A DNA stretch of 48,518 nucleotides from Nitrospirota bacterium. Its GTDB lineage: Bacteria > Nitrospirota > UBA9217. Of the stretch, positions 9,295 to 18,473 are shown one piece after another. Where the stretch lies: positions 1 through 48,518 of the forward strand of contig JAYTJE010000127.1 in NCBI GenBank assembly GCA_043731355.1, read 5' to 3'. A model generated the notes under the pieces. That model made no database searches, was not told where the DNA came from, and was given only the letters and a program-made list of their open reading frames with translations. Position numbers and translations under genes: made by a program. Position 1 is the first letter of the stretch, and the number at the start of each line of letters is the position of its first letter.

Positions 9295-9761
9295 GGTTCA
9301 GCATCCTTTGCATGGGCAAGACCCGGGAACCCTTCATTCAGGAAGGAATACAAAAATATCTTCGGTACCTGGGGCCGTATGCCGAGGTTACGCTCAGGGA
9401 GCTTAAAGAAGAAAAGATCCAGGACCTCCGTGAAGCTCCCGTCATCAGAAAAAAAGAAGCTGACAGGATATTCAAGGCCCTTCCCTCCGGTGGCGTCCTG
9501 GTAGCGCTGGATGAACGCGGAGAGGAATATACATCACACGAGTTCGCCTCGTTGGTGAATGAGCTCCTGGAATCTGGCTCCCGGGAGGTCATGTTCGTTC
9601 TCGGCGGCGCCATGGGACTTGATGAATCGGTCACGGGGCGGGCAAAAAAAGTGATCGCCTTGTCCCGTTGGACCCTGACCCATGAGATGGCCCGGCTGGT
9701 CCTGCTCGAACAATTGTACCGGGCTTTTACGATCATCAAGGGGAAAACATATCATTACTGA
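9291..9761 (+). CDS. rlmH: 23S rRNA m3Psi1915 methyltransferase
   Basis: 'LDERG', 'FVLGGAMG', 'TLTHEMARLVLLEQLYRA...YHY'. Confidence 0.96.
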   Translation: MRFSILCMGKTREPFIQEGIQKYLRYLGPYAEVTLRELKEEKIQDLREAPVIRKKEADRIFKALPSGGVLVALDERGEEYTSHEFASLVNELLESGSREVMFVLGGAMGLDESVTGRAKKVIALSRWTLTHEMARLVLLEQLYRAFTIIKGKTYHY

Positions 9762-9833
9762 GCACGAGGCCGGTTTCAGCGGCGTTTGTGGTTGTTCCTG
9801 GACAGAATAAACCCTCAGAAGAAAGGGCGCCTG

Positions 9834-11141
9834 ATGAGATTTATCGTATCTATTTTCTTTGTCGTTGCGGCAATGTTCATTCTGCTGCTCGTCGAATTCA
9901 ACCAGGGCATGATCACGATCAGTCTCCTGCCCTCCAAGACCTACGAACTATCCAAGGCCTCGTTCTTCCTCATCTCGCTGGCTGCCGGCGCGGGCATGGT
10001 CTTTCTGCTGTATTTTACACGCGATGTTCGGCGGTTCCTGCGAGGCCTCAAGTTTCAGCGGGACCAGAAAAAGCAGGCGCGTATCCAGGACCTCTACACC
10101 AGAGGACTGAATTCCCTGCTGGCCAAGCGGAATCCGGAAGCGACCTCGTTCTTCCAGAAGGTGCTTTCTATTAACCCGAACCATGTTGATACGCTGCTTC
10201 GCATGGGGATCACCCAGCTTCGTCTGAAGAACCCGCCAGAAGCCATCCGCCTGCACCAGAAGGCACTTTCCCTGGACGCCAATAACTCCGAGGTCCTGTT
10301 CTCGCTTGCCGCCGACTATGAAGAGTCTAAACGCTATGATGACGCGCTGAAGGTGTATAAGGATATCCTCTCACGGGATTCATCCAACCTGTCCGCGCTG
10401 ATCAGGATGCGTGACCTTTATCTGCGGTTGAACCAATGGGAGCAGCTCTATGAATCCCAGCGCCAACTGTTGTCCAATCCCTTGTCAACGGCGGAGCAGG
10501 AGGTGGAGCATAGAAAATTTGTAGGCTTTAAGTATGAATTCGGACGATCCATGCTTGAATCGGGTGACTTGGAACGGGCGAAAAAGATATTCCGCGGCGT
10601 GATCAAGCTCGACAAGGACTTTATCCCCGGATATCTCGGTCTCGGCGAGGTCTATCTGGAGGACCATAAACCGGCGGAAGCGGCTGAATTATGGGAAAAG
10701 GCATACAAAATGACCTCCTCGAACCTGCTCCTGCACCGTATCGAGGACCTTTATCTGAAGCAGGGAGAGCCGGGAAAGGCCATCGAGCTGTATACGCATG
10801 CGGTTTCCTGGAGGCCGCGGGACCTGGCGCTCAAATTTTTCCTTGGCAAGCTCTTCTATCGTCTCGAGATGATCGACGAGGCCTTCGACGCGTTGTCGTC
10901 CGTGGACTGGGGCGATAAAGAACTGCCCGATGTCCATAAGCTGCTTGGCAACATCTATCTGCGCAGGGGGTCGCTCGGTCTGGCCGCGACGGAGTTTAAA
11001 AAAGCGCTTGGGTTCCGCAAGCAGATCATCATTCCCTACGTCTGTTCCAGCTGCCGGCTGCGGACAAATGAATGGGCCGGACGCTGTCCGAACTGCGGCA
11101 AATGGAACACCTTTGAGGTCAATTTAGAGAAAAACTGTTAG
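9834..11141 (+). CDS. lapB: LPS assembly protein, LapA-like N-terminus fused to LapB (TPR plus rubredoxin)
   Basis: TM-'N..ITISLL'-TM N-terminus, multiple TPRs, C-terminal 'YVCSSC...WAGRCPNCGKWNT' metal-binding domain. Confidence 0.75.
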   Translation: MRFIVSIFFVVAAMFILLLVEFNQGMITISLLPSKTYELSKASFFLISLAAGAGMVFLLYFTRDVRRFLRGLKFQRDQKKQARIQDLYTRGLNSLLAKRNPEATSFFQKVLSINPNHVDTLLRMGITQLRLKNPPEAIRLHQKALSLDANNSEVLFSLAADYEESKRYDDALKVYKDILSRDSSNLSALIRMRDLYLRLNQWEQLYESQRQLLSNPLSTAEQEVEHRKFVGFKYEFGRSMLESGDLERAKKIFRGVIKLDKDFIPGYLGLGEVYLEDHKPAEAAELWEKAYKMTSSNLLLHRIEDLYLKQGEPGKAIELYTHAVSWRPRDLALKFFLGKLFYRLEMIDEAFDALSSVDWGDKELPDVHKLLGNIYLRRGSLGLAATEFKKALGFRKQIIIPYVCSSCRLRTNEWAGRCPNCGKWNTFEVNLEKNC

Positions 11142-11166
11142 CTTCCGTCGCGTCCGAGGTGCTTTG

Positions 11167-12705
11167 ATGCAGGATAAGACTGTTATTTTGATCGTACTCG
11201 ACGGATGGGGGATCAACGCTCATACTGACGGGAATGCCATTGCTTTAGCAAAGGCGCCGGTCTATCGGCAACTGCTGTCGGACCACCCGCATACCGAGCT
11301 CCGCGCATCAGGAGAAGCGGTAGGGCTTCCTGACGGACAGATGGGAAACTCCGAGGTTGGCCACCTGAACCTTGGGGCGGGAAGGGTCGTGTATCAGGAC
11401 TCCACCCGGATCAGCAAGGCCATCAGGGATGGCGAGTTCTTTCAAAATCCGGTCCTTCTTTCCGCCATGGGGCGGGTTAAGAAAAGCAACGGTGCGCTCC
11501 ATCTTATGGGGCTGCTCTCCGACGGCGGTGTGCACAGCCGCCTGGACCATCTGTATGCCATGCTCGACCTGGTTAAAGCCCAGGGCATCACTAAGGTTTT
11601 TTTTCATATATTCCTTGATGGCCGCGATACGCCTCCGTCGAGCGCTCTCGGCTACATCAGCGCGCTTGAGGAACATTTAAGCGGGATCGGGAAGATCGCC
11701 ACGGTCTCGGGACGGTACTATGCCATGGACCGGGATAAACGCTGGGACCGGGTAATAAAAACCTACGAGGCAATGGTCCAGGCAAAGGGGACACACAGTT
11801 TTTCTGCAGCCGAAGCCGTTCAGCAGAGCTATGCAGACGGCAAAACTGACGAATTCCTTGTCCCCACCGTGATTCTGGACAAAAACTCGCACATGCCGAT
11901 CGGCCCCGTGAACGACGGAGATGGGGTCATCTTTTGCAATTTTCGTTCTGACCGCGCACGCGAGATCACGCAGGCCCTCACGGCATCAGAGTTTCAGGGT
12001 TTCAGCCGGACCAGAACACCTCAGCTCGCAAGTTTTGTCTGCCTCACTACCTACGACGACTCCTTCGAGCTCCCCGTTGCGTTCGCGCCCACGCGCTTGA
12101 CCCACATTCTGGGCCAGGTCCTGAGTGCGCATGGTGTGCGACAGTTGCGCATTGCCGAGACCGAAAAGTACGCCCATGTGACATTCTTCTTTAACGGCGG
12201 GGAGGAGACTCCCTTTCCGCTTGAGGAGCGTATCCTGATACCCTCACCCCGCGATGTGGCCACCTATGACAAAAAACCGGAAATGAGCGCCAGAGAGGTT
12301 GCGGACGCGCTGGTAAAGAACATCCTCTCACGGCAGTACGGTTTTATCCTGGCAAATTTCGCCAATCCCGACATGGTTGGCCATACCGGTGTGATGGAGG
12401 CCGCCATACAGGCCGTCGAAGCGCTGGATGAGTGCCTGGGCCGTGTGCTGCAGGCGGCACAGGATGCGGGGGCGGTGGTGGTCATCACCGCCGATCACGG
12501 AAACATTGAACAAATGAAGGACCCCGAAAACGGCCAGCCTTTCACCGCACACACAACCAATAGGGTGCCTTTTATTCTGGTCGGGGAGAAGGTCCGTTTA
12601 AAAGCGGGCGGACTGCTTGCCGATGTGGCGCCTACGGTGCTCGCACTTAAACACTTTAAAAAACCGGAAGAAATGACGGGTGATAGTCTGATCCTTGACG
12701 CGTAA
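11167..12705 (+). CDS. gpmI: 2,3-bisphosphoglycerate-independent phosphoglycerate mutase
   Basis: 'LDGWG', 'GQMGNSEVGH', 'DGRDT', 'GRYYAMDRD', 'AETEKYAHVTFF', 'DMVGHTG', 'TADHGN'. Confidence 0.97.
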   Translation: MQDKTVILIVLDGWGINAHTDGNAIALAKAPVYRQLLSDHPHTELRASGEAVGLPDGQMGNSEVGHLNLGAGRVVYQDSTRISKAIRDGEFFQNPVLLSAMGRVKKSNGALHLMGLLSDGGVHSRLDHLYAMLDLVKAQGITKVFFHIFLDGRDTPPSSALGYISALEEHLSGIGKIATVSGRYYAMDRDKRWDRVIKTYEAMVQAKGTHSFSAAEAVQQSYADGKTDEFLVPTVILDKNSHMPIGPVNDGDGVIFCNFRSDRAREITQALTASEFQGFSRTRTPQLASFVCLTTYDDSFELPVAFAPTRLTHILGQVLSAHGVRQLRIAETEKYAHVTFFFNGGEETPFPLEERILIPSPRDVATYDKKPEMSAREVADALVKNILSRQYGFILANFANPDMVGHTGVMEAAIQAVEALDECLGRVLQAAQDAGAVVVITADHGNIEQMKDPENGQPFTAHTTNRVPFILVGEKVRLKAGGLLADVAPTVLALKHFKKPEEMTGDSLILDA

Positions 12706-12805
12706 AAAGGCCCGATGTTTCGCATTTGACTTTTTCTGAAGCGTTTCGACAAAGAGCTTTTGTTCTATCCGGGAGCTTCGCACTCTTCGATGAGGAGTAC
12801 AGATC

Positions 12806-13528
12806 ATGCATCTGCTCCGCCGCCTTCTCGATTTTGTATTACCTTCCACCTGTGCCTATTGCAGTTCTCCCATCGATGATTCTTCGGTTCCGTTCTTCTG
12901 TCCCACCTGCTGGAGCGATTTTTATGTGCTCTCCGGACCAATCTGCCCATCGTGCGGCAGACCCTTTGAATCCTCCGAAGCACTAAGCCATAGTCCGTCC
13001 CACGAATGCCACGTCTGCAGGCGGCAGCCACCGCGCTTTGACCAGGCGTTGTCCGTTGGACATTTCGAGGGTCCGCTCAGGGAGGCCATCCACCAGTTCA
13101 AGTACCGGCCCTGTCGCGCCCTTGGCAAACCGCTTGGCGCATGGATGTGTGGAAAGCTTCGCGTGCTGACCCCTATCGATAGCATCATGCCGGTGCCGCT
13201 TCACCGCTCACGGCTCAGGCAGCGCGGATTCAACCAGGCGCTCCTTCTTGCCGATCCGCTCAGCAGTGCCCTTGATATATCGCTTTGCTATGATAATCTC
13301 TGGCGGGTCCGGCCAACGAGGCCGCAGGTTGGGCTTTCCGGCGAAGACCGCATCAAGAACGTTGCAGGGGCCTTCGCGCTTCGGAGGCCGTTCGAAGTGT
13401 CCGGCTTGTCGGTTCTTCTTGTGGATGATGTGTTCACCACCGGGGCCACGTTGAACGAATGCGCGAACGTCCTTAAAAATGCGGGCGCCTCCTCGGTAAC
13501 CGCGTTGACGCTCGCGCGTGCGCTCTGA
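12806..13528 (+). CDS. comF: ComF family protein (double zinc ribbon plus PRTase)
   Basis: Four CxxC pairs, 'PVPLH..R..QRGFNQA', 'LLVDDVFTTGAT'. Confidence 0.9.
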   Translation: MHLLRRLLDFVLPSTCAYCSSPIDDSSVPFFCPTCWSDFYVLSGPICPSCGRPFESSEALSHSPSHECHVCRRQPPRFDQALSVGHFEGPLREAIHQFKYRPCRALGKPLGAWMCGKLRVLTPIDSIMPVPLHRSRLRQRGFNQALLLADPLSSALDISLCYDNLWRVRPTRPQVGLSGEDRIKNVAGAFALRRPFEVSGLSVLLVDDVFTTGATLNECANVLKNAGASSVTALTLARAL

Positions 13529-13580
13529 CCGTGCAGGTGATCGCTGCTTTAGCCCTGCCGGCTAAAACCGCGACGATTTC

Positions 13581-13609
13581 TTGACAATTAGAGCGTGGTT
13601 AGGTATAGT
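13581..13609 (+). promoter_or_regulatory. Near-consensus sigma70 promoter of the envelope gene cluster
   Basis: TTGACA-17 nt-TATAGT. Confidence 0.75.
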
Positions 13610-13725
13610 TTCAAGGTATTGATTACGTGCTTTGTTCCGAAGGCGGGGAATAAGATATAGACTTCAAGTGCTTTAACGCTCATAGTAGCGAATGCCCATA
13701 ACGTTTTTCTACAAGGAGGCGGACA

Positions 13726-14589
13726 ATGGCGGTAAAAAAAATAGCAACGGTATTGGTCATCGTAGCAGTGCTCTTGGTCATTGCGGCAGGTGGAGCACGT
13801 GCCCAGCTCGTCGGCACGATCAAAGATGTGGAAGTATCCGTCGGGACCACGGGAAAGATCGACTTTACCACTGGTGTGATCACCGCGGTCGGTATCGGCG
13901 CACCGCCGGCGAATCCGGCAAACCCGGCCCAGGCCCGGGCCATGGCGGAGCGGGCTGCACAGGTGGTGGCCTATCGGAACCTTCTTGAAGCGGTCAAAGG
14001 CGTTCGGGTGGACTCGACCACGCTGGTCGAAAACTTCATGGTCACCAGTGATGTCATAAAGACCGAGGTCAGCGGGATTATCCAGGGCGCCATGGTCATG
14101 GATAAAAAATATATGTCGGACGGTTCCGTTGAGATAACGGTCGGCATGAAGCTGACCGGCGCTCTTGCCGACGCGCTGCTGCCGAAAGCCTCGGCCACGC
14201 CGCCCGTGCTGATGACGCCGCCCGTCGGCACTCCGGCTGTCGCGGGTCAGCTCTATACCGGACTGATTATCGATGCCCGCGGGCTCAATGTGAAACCCGC
14301 CATGGCGCCGAAGGTCTTGAGCGAGGACGGCAAGGAAGTATACGGTTCAGCCTGGATCAATCGCGATTATGCGGTGCGCGAAGGCATGGTCGGGTATATG
14401 AAGGACCCGGCTGCGGCCCAGGCCAATCCGCGTGTAACGGACAAACCGATGATGGTGAAGGCATTGAGGATTTCAGGCGACGCACGGGTCGATACGGTGA
14501 TCTCGAATGCCGACGCGCTGATGCTGCAGGGCGCTTCGCAGAACCTGACCATGCTGCAGAAGTGCCGTGTCATTATTCTGGTGGACTAA
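13726..14589 (+). CDS. Exported LPP20/FlgP-like domain protein (paralog A)
   Basis: SPI signal (ARA), 'ARAMAERAAQVVAYRNLLEAVKGVRVDS...GIIQGA' LPP20-like core, second domain 'YTGLIIDARG...CRVIILVD'. SD AAGGAGG. Confidence 0.75.
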   Translation: MAVKKIATVLVIVAVLLVIAAGGARAQLVGTIKDVEVSVGTTGKIDFTTGVITAVGIGAPPANPANPAQARAMAERAAQVVAYRNLLEAVKGVRVDSTTLVENFMVTSDVIKTEVSGIIQGAMVMDKKYMSDGSVEITVGMKLTGALADALLPKASATPPVLMTPPVGTPAVAGQLYTGLIIDARGLNVKPAMAPKVLSEDGKEVYGSAWINRDYAVREGMVGYMKDPAAAQANPRVTDKPMMVKALRISGDARVDTVISNADALMLQGASQNLTMLQKCRVIILVD

Positions 14590-14620
14590 CACGCTTTCCA
14601 ATAAAATTCGGAGGTTGCTC

Positions 14621-15778
14621 ATGCTTACTCAGGTAAAACGGATGATGGTTCTTATAGCGGCGCTCGCTGTGGTTGCGACCGGATGCGGCACAAAAATCGC
14701 TCCGTCCACGTCAATCATGGATTCTCCGGAGTATCACTACACGAACGGGTTGAAGTATCTTGACAACGACAAGATAGAAGAGGCCATGAGATCGTTTGAC
14801 CGGGCGATTGCCCTGGCCCCCAAGGCGCCGCTCGGCTATATCGGCAAAGGCCTTGCTTTCGGCAAAAAAGGCGATTTTAAAGCCGCTTTTGACAACATGG
14901 AAAAAGCCAAGGGCCTTGAAGAGAAAGGCATAGAAGCCCGGATAGGCATGATTCGCCTCTTAAGCATGCAGCGAGGCGAAGACTGGACCAGTAAAGCGGA
15001 AAAAGAATTTAAGGCGGCGAACGATAAAGAACCGAGCAGCGCCAGGCTCCATTACTACATGGGCATGGCTTATAAGCTGGCGTTCGATTTCGACAAGGCA
15101 GCGGGCTTGTTCCGTACAGTGCTTGACCTGAACAAGGATTTCACGTCCGAGGCGAACGCAGAGTGGGCCTTGATCCAGAAGATCCAGCGCGCGGCGCCGG
15201 GTAGCGTGATCGGCAAAAAAATCGCGCTCATCGACAAGATCGACCGGGCTGATGTCGCCGCCTTGTTCGACCAGGAAATGAACCTCGAAAAGCTCTTTAC
15301 CAAACGGGGCGTAAAGACGTATGACACCGGCTTTAAGGCCCCCACGGAAGCGTCGGCAACAGCCATGACGACCGAAAAGGTCGTAAAAATGGAAGCGGCC
15401 ACTGACATTGCCGACCACTGGCTCAAACCAAGCATCGACACCATGATCAAATTGCAGGTGCGGGGTCTTGAACCCGGCCCCAACCACACCTTCGAACCGG
15501 ACAAGCTCATCACCAAGGCGGAATTCGCCCTGATGCTTGAGGATATTCTGATTAAAGTTTCAGGCGATGAGAAGCTCGCGACGAAATACATCGGCGCAAC
15601 GTCCCTGTTCCCTGATGTGAGGAACGACCACTATGCGTTTAACGCTGTTATGACCGTCACGTCAAGAGGTTTTCTTGAAGCGGACAAGGCAACCGGCGAA
15701 TTCAACCCGGGAGCCCCGGTGTCAGGAGCGGATGCGCTGCTCTCAATTCGTTCGTTTAAGGATCAACTGAAGTTCTGA
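14621..15778 (+). CDS. Lipoprotein with TPR repeats and C-terminal S-layer homology (SLH) domains
   Basis: Lipobox VATGC, TPRs, SLH motifs 'TDIADHW...FEPDKLITKAEFA' and 'FPDV..DHYAF....VTSRGF....FNPGAPVSGADA'. ATG 14621 has SD GGAGG. Confidence 0.8.
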   Translation: MLTQVKRMMVLIAALAVVATGCGTKIAPSTSIMDSPEYHYTNGLKYLDNDKIEEAMRSFDRAIALAPKAPLGYIGKGLAFGKKGDFKAAFDNMEKAKGLEEKGIEARIGMIRLLSMQRGEDWTSKAEKEFKAANDKEPSSARLHYYMGMAYKLAFDFDKAAGLFRTVLDLNKDFTSEANAEWALIQKIQRAAPGSVIGKKIALIDKIDRADVAALFDQEMNLEKLFTKRGVKTYDTGFKAPTEASATAMTTEKVVKMEAATDIADHWLKPSIDTMIKLQVRGLEPGPNHTFEPDKLITKAEFALMLEDILIKVSGDEKLATKYIGATSLFPDVRNDHYAFNAVMTVTSRGFLEADKATGEFNPGAPVSGADALLSIRSFKDQLKF

Positions 15779-15787
15779 ACAAACAGC

Positions 15788-15825
15788 AAGCCCGCCCCGG
15801 ATTACAGCCTGGGCGGGCTTTTCTT
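15788..15825 (+). terminator. Rho-independent terminator
   Basis: AAGCCCGCCC...GGGCGGGCTT followed by TTCTT. Confidence 0.75.
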
Positions 15826-15902
15826 ATTACCAGCAGCTCCTCGGTTCATGCGTATCCATTGCATTTTCACACGGACAGAGTATTGTGCTACAGGATGGGA
15901 AT

Positions 15903-17282
15903 ATGGGGAAAAAAGTCATCTATGCTCTTGCACTGATGCTCGTCCTGTGTACCGGACGGGCGGAGGCGGGGCTTAAAGTACTCGAAGGCGAACATACCGT
16001 GGTATATGACATCGTGAATCCGCGCGGTGTCGCTTTTATCCCGGATTATTCGAACGAGTCGTTCGACCAGAAAGTGCTTACCCAGGATGAGTTCAGTAAA
16101 CGCGTTCAGGTCACGACAAAGCTTCATCCGCTGACATCGAAAGCTCCTTTCCCTGTCCCTGCCAATGCTGTTCCGCAGTCACTGGCTCAATATCTTGCTC
16201 CGGAAAAGGACCGCCAGGCGAACGATCCGGCACTGATCCGATTGGTGACGGAACTTACGGCGGGCAGCCACACCGCGGCGGATGCGGCAAACAATATTCT
16301 TTCCTGGCTGGCGGACAACCTGACCTTTGATACCAGCATTACCGTGCCTTCCGACGCGCTCTCAGCCCTGAAACATCGGAAAGCCTATTGTGTCGGCTAT
16401 TCAAATTTGGCGGTTGCAATGCTGAGGACCGCGGGCATTCCGGCCCGGGTCGCGCATGGTTACCTTCCTCCCGGATATGAGTGGGGCTTCTCAAAAGACT
16501 ACTGGGGCGTCAAGGTCAATGACGGCGGGTTTCACGCTTATCTTGAGCTTTATTATCCTGACACCGGATGGGTCTTCTCCGATGCCGAACATTCCCATAA
16601 TTTCGTCGATCCGTTTCATATCATTCTCCGGCTTGACGGCATGGACCTGCCCGGTAAATATGACGGCGGATATCTTGATGTCGATAAAGCAACTTTTTTT
16701 ACGATCTTCAGCGAAGTGGACAAGACCATGCTTGCGGATGAACTGGCGCTGCCGAAAGAAAAGCGTCTGGGCCGGCGGATCGATGCCGCTCAGCATTCCG
16801 CGCTCATTACGGGCAGAGTGACCGACCAGGAGGGGACGAAGGTCCAGCGTGGCACACTCGTACTCTGGAAGGATGGCAAAGGAACGCCTACTCCTTTTAC
16901 GGACGGACGCTATTCCGCGGCTGTGCCTGTTCCCGGAAAATATCGCGTTGAACTCAGGGGCGCGGGGTTTGCCAAAACAGCCCAGGAACTGGTGATTGAA
17001 CCGGCGCAGGTCTACCGGATCAACATGACTCTTCGGCCGGGCGGAGTCATCAAAGGCAAAGTTGCTGATGCCAACGGTATTCCTGTTCCTGACGGGGATG
17101 TTTTCTACCGGGAGGGGACCATGAGCTACGGGGTGCCCGTCGAGCTTAATGGTACGTACCGGATCGAGGGGCTTGCTCCAGGGCAGTATTCTCTTTCGTA
17201 CACGCGCGGGGGAAAAAAGGTCTCCCGTGTCGGCCAGACAGTTGCCGGAAAAGAAACCGTCATAAATTTTGTCGCGCCGTAG
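15903..17282 (+). CDS. Exported transglutaminase-like (Cys-His-Asp) protein with two carboxypeptidase-regulatory-like beta-sandwich domains
   Basis: Signal peptide (AEA), 'AYCVGYSNLAVAMLRTAGIPAR', 'FHAY.E.Y....GW...D', C-terminal 'ITGRVTD' and 'IKGKVAD...GTYRIEGLAPGQYSL'. Confidence 0.82.
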   Translation: MGKKVIYALALMLVLCTGRAEAGLKVLEGEHTVVYDIVNPRGVAFIPDYSNESFDQKVLTQDEFSKRVQVTTKLHPLTSKAPFPVPANAVPQSLAQYLAPEKDRQANDPALIRLVTELTAGSHTAADAANNILSWLADNLTFDTSITVPSDALSALKHRKAYCVGYSNLAVAMLRTAGIPARVAHGYLPPGYEWGFSKDYWGVKVNDGGFHAYLELYYPDTGWVFSDAEHSHNFVDPFHIILRLDGMDLPGKYDGGYLDVDKATFFTIFSEVDKTMLADELALPKEKRLGRRIDAAQHSALITGRVTDQEGTKVQRGTLVLWKDGKGTPTPFTDGRYSAAVPVPGKYRVELRGAGFAKTAQELVIEPAQVYRINMTLRPGGVIKGKVADANGIPVPDGDVFYREGTMSYGVPVELNGTYRIEGLAPGQYSLSYTRGGKKVSRVGQTVAGKETVINFVAP

Positions 17283-17393
17283 CAGACGAGGGCGGCCGGG
17301 AGAATGCTTCTTTTGATGCGAGCTTGTACGACTTTCAACCGTTGATCCCGGTGATGGATATCGATGGTATTTCGCGATGCGAGGTGAGTGCTC

Positions 17394-18443
17394 ATGGTTA
17401 AACGGGGTCTGGCATATACCTGTTTTCTGGTCCTGGCAACAGCTGCAATAGCCTCTGCGCAAACCTTCGGCCCTGCAGACGCTGTTGACAGGACCGGTTC
17501 CGGGGTTATCAACTGGACCACCAATGAGGTATATGCAACAGGCATCGGGGTCCCTCCTCTTCATCCGGTCAATGCCGCGCAGGCTCGCGCCATGGCGGAA
17601 CGCGCCGCTTTTGTTGTCGCGCTCAGAAACCTGCTTGAAACGGTCAAAGGGGTGCGCGTTGACTCCGAGAGCGTTGTTGAGAACTTCATGGTCAAGAGCG
17701 ATGTGATCAGAACGAAAGTTGATGGAATCGTAAAAGGGGCCAGGACCGTAAAAACCCAGTACCTGTCGGATGGTTCGGTGGAAGTTCTCGTTGCCCTGTC
17801 GATGAAAGGTGAATTCCTGAATGCGATAGTGCCGGAAACATTCGGAAAGACCTCTGGCCAGTTCATACCCATTAAACCGGTCCCTCAAAACGTTGTCCCC
17901 TCCCAACCGCCCATAACTCCCGGCAAAAAGACCGAACCGGCAAAACCCGGGCCCCGGCAACCGGCCCCGCTGGTTTCTCCTATTCCCTCTGTTCCCGCTC
18001 CGAAAGCTGAACCCGTGAAGCCGGTTCCGCAGACAGAGAAGAAGCCGGAACCCTCGCAGCCTGCTCCGAATATCCCTTCGTCATCCACCGTAGCTTTTAA
18101 GGGCGGAGTTGCCACCGGCATGGTGATCGACGGGAGAGGATTAGGTCTGCGGCCCGCACTCTTGCCCCGCATCGTTGATCAGCAGGGGCAGGAACTCTAT
18201 GTCGGCCAGGTCGTCCCGCGGACGAATGCGGTGGAGCAGGGCGTTGCAGGTTACGCCAAGGATGTTCAGGCCGCAGCCAATAATTTCAGGGTTACTGATA
18301 ATCCGGCAGTCATCAAAGCGGTCAGTGCTTCGGGAAACGCCAGGACCGATATCGTGATCAATCAGGCCGATGCTCAGGCGTTCCGTGACCTGGGCAATAA
18401 AGGCGATTTTTTGAAATATTGCAGGGTCATTATCGTCTATTAG
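17394..18443 (+). CDS. Exported LPP20/FlgP-like domain protein (paralog B) with a long Pro-rich linker
   Basis: Core highly similar to paralog A ('AQARAMAERAA.VVA.RNLLE.VKGVRVDS...VENFMV.SDVI'), about 80 aa Pro-rich segment, same C-domain ending 'CRVIIVY'. Confidence 0.75.
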   Translation: MVKRGLAYTCFLVLATAAIASAQTFGPADAVDRTGSGVINWTTNEVYATGIGVPPLHPVNAAQARAMAERAAFVVALRNLLETVKGVRVDSESVVENFMVKSDVIRTKVDGIVKGARTVKTQYLSDGSVEVLVALSMKGEFLNAIVPETFGKTSGQFIPIKPVPQNVVPSQPPITPGKKTEPAKPGPRQPAPLVSPIPSVPAPKAEPVKPVPQTEKKPEPSQPAPNIPSSSTVAFKGGVATGMVIDGRGLGLRPALLPRIVDQQGQELYVGQVVPRTNAVEQGVAGYAKDVQAAANNFRVTDNPAVIKAVSASGNARTDIVINQADAQAFRDLGNKGDFLKYCRVIIVY

Positions 18444-18473
18444 CGTCTTTTACTGAATAAGAGGGAGTAGGGA

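Noticed and set aside
16491-17960. 489-aa minus-strand ORF
   Set aside because: Antisense shadow of the transglutaminase and LPP20 paralog B genes, with no recognisable motifs.
17870-18090. Possible DNA tandem repeat in the C-rich segment
   Set aside because: It reflects Pro codons of a protein linker. No regular nucleotide period was seen.
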